Source: Amphiscolops sp. MND2022 (Eukaryota). Taken from it: a DNA stretch of 64,000 nt. Below, one piece after another: positions 11,401-20,022 of the stretch. Made by a program: the position numbers and the translations under genes. The first letter of the stretch is position 1; each line of letters starts with the position of its first letter. The stretch is from NCBI GenBank assembly GCA_964187785.1, contig OZ076417.1, forward strand, positions 17,422,001 to 17,486,000. The letters run 5' to 3'. Under the pieces are notes generated by a model. It did not search any database. It worked only from the letters and a program-made list of their open reading frames with translations, and was not told the origin of the DNA.

Positions 11401-12867
11401 TCAGGAATTGATAAAGAATTGGAAGTCAATTGTGGAGTTTCTTACTACATATTCGCTCAAGCAACAGATGCAAGGGGTGCATAATCAGGTAGGAATTTGG
11501 TCAAACTGACTTTTGGTCAAATACTCAAATCCCTTCGCAGCTGTAATATGTCTCTTGCTTCTAGCCGCAGAATTTGGAATGGTCGATCATCGGCGATGAA
11601 CTTTTCACTTGTCGACTAGGATTGTTCCAACGATTAACACGGGATTGTTAGTGCTCCTTTCTTTCCTTTCATCGTTATTTGGTCTCTTCAAACTGATTCC
11701 TAGGTTCGTTTAGATGCTAATGCCTTTTCACTCAGTCTGTCGGGCCGAAGAGACAGGTCATTTTACACCTACCGTCAACTTTGCCAATTTCTATTCAAAC
11801 TTGCGCGACGATGTTCTTCGCCAAAAGATTTGCCTCCAGAGGAAAATTGGCCTGAAATCCTTGACTTGGACTTGGGAACTACAACTGCACTCAGTGTCAA
11901 GAATTTCCTTTCTCGAGCCAAGTTTGGTTCTAAGTTAGACGCAGCTTGCAAGATCAAAGCTGGATACGACAAATTGGAAAAATGCAACGCAGGTCTATCC
12001 ATCGATGCACTGTCTGACAAGGATAAAGAAGACTTTGGAAGGGCAGCACGCAGTTACGTCACCTTTTTATTTAATTCGTTCCAAGGACTGAAGGGACTAA
12101 CTAATGACCTCGTTAAAGGCTTGGGTTGCTTTGATTTGGAAATTATCCTGCTTGGACCCATAGCACACGCAACTTACTGTCACACGCAATTGTTTACCAG
12201 TTTCCGACTGCGGGGCCATTTTACTATGGAACAAGAGACTGCAAGTGGTGAAGAATACCTGTCATTTGTGGATGATCTGAGGCGTACTTACTCTGACCTG
12301 GCGCAGCCTACTTTACTGATACCTGATACAGTCAAATTTCTTGTTGAATTGCCTATCCTGCATAGTCGACCTTTGCTCTTCAAGCTGTTTCGTTTGGCGT
12401 GCCTGTGCCTCGATGAGCCTTTTCCTGTTTTACCCAGCGTGAAATTTGGATCAGTTGATTCTGACAACCCGACTAGCAGTCATATTGATGTAATTTTACC
12501 TGTTCAATCTTATTTTGCTAATGTACCCTACAGTATTGAGGCTGTTACTACCGATCAATCCGTATCTGATTTCCTTCGTCTGGAGCCTGATTTTATTGAT
12601 GGTGGAATGAGCGATACTTATTGCCCCTGGGACAGCGTTGACTTCTTTGGACGTTCGAAGATTCTTGAACAGCTAACTTCTGATATTAGCAGACCAAAAC
12701 CCTCAGTCAGCATTGCTGTCGGTAAAGTTGCAGGGAGCAGTAAGGCTTCCGGGGCGTCCAAGTCGTCTCCCAAAAAGAGTAGCAAGCGACCCAATCAGCA
12801 GTCACCCGATAAGGAAATGATTTCGTCAGCTAAAGCCTTGTTGACCCCTAGTAGTTCTAAACTCTAA
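8482..12867 (+). CDS. Antisense, five-exon accessory gene (~1250 aa): acidic S/E-rich N-terminus, basic NLS, BED-like C2H2 finger, degenerate hAT-transposase-like core and C-terminus
   Basis: Predicted exons 8482-8497, 8686-10637, 10799-11284, 11354-11488 and 11704-12867. All introns are GT..AG (GTTGGT/TTTAG, GTAAGT/TTTTCAG, GTTAGA/TTTGTAG, GTAGGA/TTCCTAG) and all joins preserve frame. Start context catcATGG. Finger FYCQIC-x16-HHKTERH at 10176-10256. hAT-like segments FAVEF..MHVRFW, ELIKNWKSIVEFL, DFGRAARSYVTFL..KGLGCFD and RPLLFKLFRLACL. The exon 4-5 junction is the least certain. Confidence 0.8.
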
Positions 12868-13057
12868 TTGTACATTATGTACAATTGAATTCTTTAGTTT
12901 GTACATTTGTCTATTTATTCTGTGTGGGTGTTTTATGTCATTGCTTTCATTCGTATTTCGTTCCTTTTCTGATACCATTTCATTCAGTCCAAAAGACGTA
13001 CTGTTAGTCTGGGCCTCGTAGAGTGGTCATTATAAAGAGTTTAATTTACATGTCTGG

Positions 13058-16000
13058 TTAGTATCTGTATTCATCAGTAAAGTTTGGAGTAGGGTTGGGA
13101 CGTAGGTTATATTTGCCTCCCCTGGGACTTTCATTTTCTACAACCTTTTCATCATCTTCTCTTTCTGATAAATCGGGCACGGATATATCCCTCCCGCTAG
13201 GGTTTGAAAAATCGGAATTTGGCATCTCCGATGGGCTTTTGAAAGGCATTTCTTCTATTTCTGGATCTGTAGTTGATTGTGGTCGGTTTGACCTAAGGTC
13301 CATGTCAGGTGAGTTTTCAGCCGGCTGCTCGGTGACGGCTGAGTCAGTATCTTTGTTCGGTCCGGTTGACCTTGAGTCAATATCGCTATTTTGGTGCTCA
13401 CGCGGTGTAGCGGCGTTGTCGTTAGAATCGGCGTCACGTCTAGTGGACCGAAGGTCCAAATCCGTGTTTATAGCGTCGGGTTGGTCAGAATTCGTCGGAA
13501 AATCATCAGGAGTGTCTCCTGTATCAAGATGAGGGGGAAACTCGGCAAATTCAGTCTCCCACGAGATAATATAAAGATCGTCTTGAGGTATAATAATTTC
13601 ATCATCAGCTTGTAAATTTCCTTCTGGTCGCACATCACATAATTCCGTATTTGGAACGTATTTCCGCAAGCGTATCCTGTGTAAAATTTGCGTTTTGTTA
13701 GAGCTGAGTTTTCGGACAATGTAGTTTTCATTCGGTAGGACCTTTTCAATGACGTACGGTCCAATCCACCTGAATTCACGGAATGGAATTTTGGATCCTT
13801 GATTGTCGGCTAACGGCTGTAATATAAAGCAATAATCTCCCTGGTGTAACGGGGCTGCTTTAGCTTTTCGGTCATAATATTCCTTGTATTTTAAATATGA
13901 CTGCATGATATTTTTCTTTGTTCTATCAATTAAAATTTGGGTACGTCTTTGTAGTTCTTCAGCAAAATCCGTTGATGGTAGGATTTTCGGGTTGGGATTT
14001 AATCCCAACCTGTGGTCTAGGATGTTGTAAGGCACTCTACCGTGAAAAATTCTGGATGGTTCACATCCTAGACTGGAATGATAGGTTGTGTTGTAATTGA
14101 GAACAGCCAATGGTAAATATTTGTGCCATTGGCGCCGGTATTCACCCGAAGCCATTTTAAGATTGCCTTTAAGACTTGCATGAGTTCTCTCTAATTTACC
14201 TATTGTCTGAGGATGTTTCGTTGTTGCACATTTGATCTGGATACCTAGGATCTTTGTGACTTCATCGACTAGACGAGACGTAAAGGCAGTTCCTTTGTCA
14301 GTGATCAAAGTTGTTGGCAAATATGCATGCCTTGTCATGATGTCAATAAGTACTTTTGCGGTAGTGGAGGCCGATGCGTCGGCTACAGGGTAAGCGAACA
14401 GGTATCTTGAAAAGACATCCAGGGCAGTAATAACATTTTCATATCCCCCGCTCGGTGGGAGGTTAGGTAGAAGATCAATCTGTAATGCGTCTTCCGGGCC
14501 AAGATCCCATTCGGGCAAATTAAGAAGTTCAGGTGTTATTGATGGGTTTTTGATTCGTTTATCTTTGATGCATGTTTCACATCCTTGGACCCACTTTTTG
14601 ACAATTTTTGCAATTCCAGGGTAGTAATAATTTTGACGGATGTCATAAAGCATCTTGGAAATTCCCGGATGTTTATGTGCTGTCCCATGCAGTGATTGGA
14701 GTAATTCTGACACGAGGTGTTTGGGTAAAAGCGCCTGACGATATTGGACGCTTCCTGTTTCGTCATAATAGTCTCTAAGGACGACGTCGTCCTGGACGGA
14801 CAGACGGTCAATTTGACTGCAGTAATGTCTGTAGCGCGAATCTTGTTGTAGGATCGTCTCCGAATATTCTTCTTTCTGCAGTTTGAGACGTAACTGGTGC
14901 AATACCACATCATTTTGTTGTTCAATAGCCATGGTGGTGGGGTTTGATAGTCTTTGTAAAGTTGTTTGATGTGAAAAGACAGTGGTGTGGGCACTGAGTT
15001 TTCCTAGGGTGATGTCAGGTAATTGATTTGTCGGGTTTGACCTGGCGTCTTTCTTCCGTTGACATATCTGTTCTTCAGTTTCTTCATTATCGTCAGTGTA
15101 GAATATCTGGTCCTCCTCAGTGACTCCGGCGGATTGCACATTTAGTTCGATGGGCGTTGTCGATATGTCTTCCCGTATGCGGAGTATGAGTTTCTCTTTA
15201 GGGCAGATTTCTAGACGAGACAGATAGTCTGCGGCGGTGTTATTTTTGCCAGGAATATGAGCGATTGTGAAATTGAACTGAATAACGTAGTCACACGCGT
15301 TCCACAGGGTGGGTGGAATTATTTTAGTCTGAAAAAAGCGAGTGACCGACTTGTTGTCTGTCAGAATGATCACCGGTTGCGGAGTCCCCCAAAAGATATG
15401 TCCAAATTCCTTGAAGGCAAAGAATATTGCTAAGAACTCTTTGGCGTAGATGGACATTTTCAATTGTGCGGGACTAAAGGTCTTGGATCCATATGCTACA
15501 GGTGCGAAGGCTTTCCGCGTCGATGAATATTTTTCCATTGGATCGTCCTCGATGAGAACTGCGTAACCTGCTGCCGAAAAACTAGCATCTGTCATTAGAG
15601 CGATTTGTTTATTAGGCAGTGGTTGTTTGAGCGCGAGTTCACAACATCGGTCAAGAGCTTTGTTGATCTCGGTGAATTGTTCTAACAGATCGGGCGTCAC
15701 CATGACTTTAGCATCATTTTTCAATAATTTGAAAAAGGGGGTCATTTTTTCTGAAAGTCTTGGAATGTAGTTGCGGTAGTAGTTCAGGAAGCCCAAGTAT
15801 CGTTGAAGTGCTTTTTTGGATTTTGGAAATTTCGTTTTCTCTAGGAAGTTTTGGACCCTGGGTCGTTGTGGCCTCACTCCTTCAGGGGTGATGGTGCGTC
15901 CCAGGAAGTCAATTTCTTTGGCTCCGAAGTGACATTTATGCATTGTCAATTTGAGACCAGCGGTTCTGATGCACTCAAAGGTCGCTCGTAGGTTGTTGAT

Positions 16001-18238
16001 AAGTTGTGTCGCGTTGTTGGCTGCGATTCCAATATCATCTACGTACTGTGCGCATTGATCCGCTTTAATCACCTTGTCCAGGTATTCGCGCATAAAGCTC
16101 GAAAAGGCGGATAGGGCTCTGCTTAGACCTTGCGCAAGTCTGCGATAGGCAAAGGTTCTGCTAGCAAAGTTGAAGGCTAGCATCTCAATTGACCTCTGGT
16201 CTGCCATCTGAAGGCAGTGATATGCTTGAGAGCAATCCAATTTGCAGAATAATCGTTTGCCTGCCATATGTTGGGCAGCGTCCGTCAGTGTGCTGACAGG
16301 GTGATTATTGTTGATGTAATCATCAGAGATCAAATTATTGATCTTCCGGAGGTCGACCAGGAGTCGTAGTTTGCCATTTGGTTTCTTCTGGGCGAAAATG
16401 GGGCTTGCATATTTGGAAAACGGAAGCGTTGTTATGATCCCATATCTGTGTAGAAGGGCTAATTCGACGAGGATGTCCTCTTTGAGATTGATGGGTGTAG
16501 GCAAGCTTTGACTGTAGGCAGGGGAGTCGTCTTTAGGGGTTAATTTTACCTTGAAGTCCTCGTTCATCCCTATGTCAAAGCGGTGTCGTGCAAAAATGTC
16601 GTGGAATTCGACAAGAAGCTCTTCGATTTGGGCAATTTCAGTTGGGTTCAACGTCGAGTCTGCCCAATCAAAGTTGGCGAGAAACTGTTGTCTAGACTCC
16701 AGGTCATCCTGGGGGTTGAGTTTCTCTAGTTCTTGCAGGTTTCGCAATTCTTTGAGAATTCTTTGTTGTATTGGGGTATGCGTCTGAGGATCTCCTGGTT
16801 GCTCTGGAGTAGGAAACCAATAGTTTTCGCTGTTGTCTTCGGTTTTCGGAGATTTGATCAGACTACTGGCATAATAAACGGCATTTTCAGGATTATCCTG
16901 TAGAAGATGCCAAGTGGTCACAGGGTCGATAGGTTTGACGTATTTCAACTGTTCTGGAGTTAGTACAGAGAAATTGGCGATGTGGGAACCTCGTTTGAGG
17001 GTGTAAGGCTGATCGGTGAAATTGTTCACATGAATTGAAGCTTGACCTTGGGTCAGTGTGACTAGAGCGGCGCAGAAGGTTATATCACCGTCTTCCGCGA
17101 GGTCATTGCTCGGTTGAAGAATTCCAGTGACGGTTGTATCCTCGTACATTTGTGAGCACATGGATACCATATGTCTATCATTGGGAGGGATAGTGATATC
17201 CTCCCGGGTGCAAATTGGTTCCATGACATTAGTGTATTTGTGGTCCGCGGTTTTTAATTGCATGGAAAAGAACGGGAAGTTTAGGACTCCCTGTCTCATG
17301 TCAAGTATGGTATTGTTTCGTTGAAGGAACGAAAGGCCAATTAATGGACTTGTGAGCTTCTCCATGACTATGAAAATCTCGTGAAAATCGATGTCCCCGA
17401 CCTCGAATTTGAGTTCGACAGTGCTCTTGGGAGTTTCCAGCTGTCCATTAGCTACCATAATTTGGAAGTTAGGAGCTGGGCCCTCTTTGATGATTGACTG
17501 AGGGGCTAATAGTCGGATTTTACGTAGATCAGCTTCTGGGATTGCGCTCGATAATGCTCCCGTGTCTACAAGGCCATCTAAAGTTAGTTCGCCGAAATCC
17601 ATTGGAAAGTAGAGCATGCGTCTTTTATATTTGAGTCCCAAATTCGTCGTTAGAGGGACGTAATCGGGTTCACCGGCTCTTGAGATAAGCGAATTCACAA
17701 AGCGTTCTTCAACGGCTGCAGTCAACATGACCATAGGTCCTTCTTCGGAAGGTTTGTTTATTGATTCTTCTGGATTGGGTAAAGTTGTGGTGGTGCGATT
17801 ATATTGCCAGGGATCTACGAGAGCTTTGGTCAGGGTTAAATTGAGGGTTCGGTCGATGTCATATGAATCAAGTTCAATTTCCATGGGGTTCTTATGGTAA
17901 TTGTTGTAGAAATGAAGATGATGTTGGTTGTAGAGCTGAATGTCCCAATAAGGGTCGAAACCAAAATCCGGGTCAAGGTAATAGGGATTATAGTCATTTA
18001 TGAGGGGTAGGGGCCGGGTAGTACTAGTATTACAGTGGAGTCTATTGGACTGATGGTCCAAGTCAAGTAGGCTAATAGGGGTGTTTAACACCTGCTGCTG
18101 CCAGTCAGCAGATGAATTTTCTTTTAGCGAAGAATAGTATTCAGTATAGTATATAGTGGAAGGGTCAGATATGATGTATTGTCTGACTCGTAGTTTTTCA
18201 TTAATATAGAGCCGTGGCGAATTTAGTTTTTTGAGTTT
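13058..18238 (-). CDS. pol: Pol polyprotein: aspartic protease, dUTPase-like insert, RT, RNase H, integrase (Gypsy order)
   Basis: Motifs LVDTGA (PR), YVDD (RT), TDAS...TDN (RH), H-H-C-C zinc finger, QIDLL/TDKG/LERTH (IN D,D,E) and WIGPY. The reading frame is open from 18238, overlapping the gag end in the -1 frame. Confidence 0.96.
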   Translation of the reverse strand, partial: KLKKLNSPRLYINEKLRVRQYIISDPSTIYYTEYYSSLKENSSADWQQQVLNTPISLLDLDHQSNRLHCNTSTTRPLPLINDYNPYYLDPDFGFDPYWDIQLYNQHHLHFYNNYHKNPMEIELDSYDIDRTLNLTLTKALVDPWQYNRTTTTLPNPEESINKPSEEGPMVMLTAAVEERFVNSLISRAGEPDYVPLTTNLGLKYKRRMLYFPMDFGELTLDGLVDTGALSSAIPEADLRKIRLLAPQSIIKEGPAPNFQIMVANGQLETPKSTVELKFEVGDIDFHEIFIVMEKLTSPLIGLSFLQRNNTILDMRQGVLNFPFFSMQLKTADHKYTNVMEPICTREDITIPPNDRHMVSMCSQMYEDTTVTGILQPSNDLAEDGDITFCAALVTLTQGQASIHVNNFTDQPYTLKRGSHIANFSVLTPEQLKYVKPIDPVTTWHLLQDNPENAVYYASSLIKSPKTEDNSENYWFPTPEQPGDPQTHTPIQQRILKELRNLQELEKLNPQDDLESRQQFLANFDWADSTLNPTEIAQIEELLVEFHDIFARHRFDIGMNEDFKVKLTPKDDSPAYSQSLPTPINLKEDILVELALLHRYGIITTLPFSKYASPIFAQKKPNGKLRLLVDLRKINNLISDDYINNNHPVSTLTDAAQHMAGKRLFCKLDCSQAYHCLQMADQRSIEMLAFNFASRTFAYRRLAQGLSRALSAFSSFMREYLDKVIKADQCAQYVDDIGIAANNATQLINNLRATFECIRTAGLKLTMHKCHFGAKEIDFLGRTITPEGVRPQRPRVQNFLEKTKFPKSKKALQRYLGFLNYYRNYIPRLSEKMTPFFKLLKNDAKVMVTPDLLEQFTEINKALDRCCELALKQPLPNKQIALMTDASFSAAGYAVLIEDDPMEKYSSTRKAFAPVAYGSKTFSPAQLKMSIYAKEFLAIFFAFKEFGHIFWGTPQPVIILTDNKSVTRFFQTKIIPPTLWNACDYVIQFNFTIAHIPGKNNTAADYLSRLEICPKEKLILRIREDISTTPIELNVQSAGVTEEDQIFYTDDNEETEEQICQRKKDARSNPTNQLPDITLGKLSAHTTVFSHQTTLQRLSNPTTMAIEQQNDVVLHQLRLKLQKEEYSETILQQDSRYRHYCSQIDRLSVQDDVVLRDYYDETGSVQYRQALLPKHLVSELLQSLHGTAHKHPGISKMLYDIRQNYYYPGIAKIVKKWVQGCETCIKDKRIKNPSITPELLNLPEWDLGPEDALQIDLLPNLPPSGGYENVITALDVFSRYLFAYPVADASASTTAKVLIDIMTRHAYLPTTLITDKGTAFTSRLVDEVTKILGIQIKCATTKHPQTIGKLERTHASLKGNLKMASGEYRRQWHKYLPLAVLNYNTTYHSSLGCEPSRIFHGRVPYNILDHRLGLNPNPKILPSTDFAEELQRRTQILIDRTKKNIMQSYLKYKEYYDRKAKAAPLHQGDYCFILQPLADNQGSKIPFREFRWIGPYVIEKVLPNENYIVRKLSSNKTQILHRIRLRKYVPNTELCDVRPEGNLQADDEIIIPQDDLYIISWETEFAEFPPHLDTGDTPDDFPTNSDQPDAINTDLDLRSTRRDADSNDNAATPREHQNSDIDSRSTGPNKDTDSAVTEQPAENSPDMDLRSNRPQSTTDPEIEEMPFKSPSEMPNSDFSNPSGRDISVPDLSEREDDEKVVENESPRGGKYNLRPNPTPNFTDEYRY

Positions 18239-20022
18239 TTAAGGATAGAAGTAGTTGTCTTATTATTGGAGTCGTCATGACTTGCGGTTTTGTCATCGGA
18301 GGTAGAGTTATCTAATTTGAGGTTTTTGGGCTTGAGGTGGGCTCCTGCGCCTTTCCAACAGCGCTCCGCCGGGTGGTTCGTTTTATCACAAGTTGGGCAC
18401 TTTGGGTACTCTTTTTTGGTACTTTGGCCTTCATTGCGTTTTTGTTCTTCCTTTCTTTTGAGTTTTCGGCATTCATCTTTGACGTGTCCAGGTTTTTTGC
18501 AATAGTTGCATGTCGTTCCTGTGTCAATCCCTGACGAAAGGAGGCCTTGTCCCGGACGTGTCGTCGTTGGGGCAGTGGACATTGTGGGAACGGGAATGTC
18601 GTCACCTTCCTCAAGGCCATTTAATTCTAATTCACGTTCTAGGTGAGTGACAATTTCTTCATAGGTCGCGTTTTCTAATCGCGCCATGTTGACAGAACGT
18701 TTGAGTTTTGGTGGAAGTTTGGCATAGAGCAGACTGTCGATCATTGCTTGCGCGTGTTCGCCGAAGGCTTTTTCGGCACCCTGATTGAGTTCTTCAAGAA
18801 AATCAGGCAATTTCATTGTATTCGGGTTGAATACGAGTTTGTGCCATTTGTGTTTGGCAGTTGCCTGAGATTCAGGTTTGACATATTTGCGGCGAAAGAC
18901 AGCCAGTATGTCGTCCAGTGTTTGTCTGTTTGCTGAACTAATGTTACGGAAGGTCTGGAGCGCATTTTTGCGCAACAGTGAATGAAAGTGATTAATTTTC
19001 ATTGTTTCCGTCATGTCCGGTTGCATCTTTATCATCGTGTGAAAAAGATCTTCAAACAGTTCAAATTTTTCGGATTTCCCATCAAATGTCAGAGTGGCGG
19101 TATTGACTGGGCGTACCATCAGTGTTTGTGCAGAAGATTTGTTGTTCATTCCTATAATTACGTCTGCAAGGCGGTTAATGGGGTCTAAGGGTGTTTCAGA
19201 GTGTTGTCTCTGGTTGTTAATAGGGACTGACGGTATTTGCGCCGGTAGGGTATTATCTAGTGTGTCATCATTGACACACTGTTGATGGGGATTGGTATTT
19301 CGGGACTGCGTGGGACGTCCGGTCAGAAATTCAGGGACCATTTGTGGGGTAAGGTTGGCTCCTGTCACCATGTCATAACCTTCATCATTTTCATTACTAT
19401 TGATGGAATCTATTGAATTCCTTCTACAATAATTTGTACGGTTATTCCTCATCGTTTCTAGCCTAGGGAAGTCATTTTGGGCATCCTGAAACCTTTGGGT
19501 AGGATTTTCCGGATGCCGTCCATATGACCCTAGGTCCCTTTGGGCCCGTTCTTGGCTGAAATCATTCGAATGCGGTCCATCTGACCGAAGGTCCAAATTC
19601 GCGTTTTTAGCTGAATTCATGGTTTCCAGAGCGTTTTTGATGCTTGGAAGCACCCTTTCCTCTAATGCGGAGTTAATCACATCAAGTATATGAGAATTTA
19701 AGTCTGTTTTCAATTCCTCAATTTTTCGAGACATTTGGGAAGAAATTTCGGAATTAATTAGCCTGTTAGTTTCCACAGTAATCTCACTATTTTCACTCGT
19801 GTTAGTGTTCAATAATGACCTAAAGTTATTTTCAGTTTGTCCTTCACTCCGCTGGTGTCTTCCTGATTCTAAGTCTACTTCAGGTTCTGTATTATTCTCA
19901 TCTTCAACTAAATCATTTCTCGAGTAGGCTCCTAACATTACATCGAGGTTTTCAATATCTGACATCACGTCAGATTGTCTAGAACGTTTCTCTTTGGCCT
20001 TTTGCTTTCTGGTAGAAGGCAT
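18223..20022 (-). CDS. gag: Gag (599 aa from the ATG at 20022) with two CCHC zinc knuckles; the N-terminal ~217 codons lie inside the 5' LTR
   Basis: Track ORF 18223..20061 starts at TTG; the first ATG gives MPSTRKQK. Knuckles CNYCKKPGHVKDEC and CPTCDKTNHPAERC. Capsid-like region LTFDGKSEKFELFEDLF. Confidence 0.93.
   Translation of the reverse strand: MPSTRKQKAKEKRSRQSDVMSDIENLDVMLGAYSRNDLVEDENNTEPEVDLESGRHQRSEGQTENNFRSLLNTNTSENSEITVETNRLINSEISSQMSRKIEELKTDLNSHILDVINSALEERVLPSIKNALETMNSAKNANLDLRSDGPHSNDFSQERAQRDLGSYGRHPENPTQRFQDAQNDFPRLETMRNNRTNYCRRNSIDSINSNENDEGYDMVTGANLTPQMVPEFLTGRPTQSRNTNPHQQCVNDDTLDNTLPAQIPSVPINNQRQHSETPLDPINRLADVIIGMNNKSSAQTLMVRPVNTATLTFDGKSEKFELFEDLFHTMIKMQPDMTETMKINHFHSLLRKNALQTFRNISSANRQTLDDILAVFRRKYVKPESQATAKHKWHKLVFNPNTMKLPDFLEELNQGAEKAFGEHAQAMIDSLLYAKLPPKLKRSVNMARLENATYEEIVTHLERELELNGLEEGDDIPVPTMSTAPTTTRPGQGLLSSGIDTGTTCNYCKKPGHVKDECRKLKRKEEQKRNEGQSTKKEYPKCPTCDKTNHPAERCWKGAGAHLKPKNLKLDNSTSDDKTASHDDSNNKTTTSILKNSKN
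18226..18232 (-). promoter_or_regulatory. Putative -1 ribosomal frameshift slippery heptamer A AAA AAC
   Basis: XXXYYYZ heptamer in the gag frame immediately before the gag stop. The -1 frame is continuous with pol, with no stop from 18238 to 13058. Confidence 0.8.
19359..19370 (-). promoter_or_regulatory. Primer-binding site TGGTGACAGGAG (possibly tRNA-Leu)
   Basis: Starts with TGG directly after the LTR-terminal CA. The complement ...CTCCTGTCACCA resembles a tRNA-Leu acceptor end; the tRNA identity is inferred. Confidence 0.8.

Noticed and set aside
8482-12867. Active autonomous hAT DNA transposon nested in the retroelement
   Set aside because: The expected catalytic D/D/E and CxxH positions look substituted, and I found no TIRs or 8-bp TSD around the gene. 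This is not fully excluded without comparing other copies.
13058-13700. Chromodomain at the integrase C-terminus
   Set aside because: After the GPY motif the tail is acidic, low-complexity sequence ending GGKYNLRPNP; no aromatic-cage pattern is seen.
8915-19285. Numerous 60-165 aa ORFs overlapping gag, pol and the antisense gene (e.g. 10098-10592, 13095-13532, 14536-14994)
   Set aside because: Shadow frames of long coding sequences with no motifs of their own.
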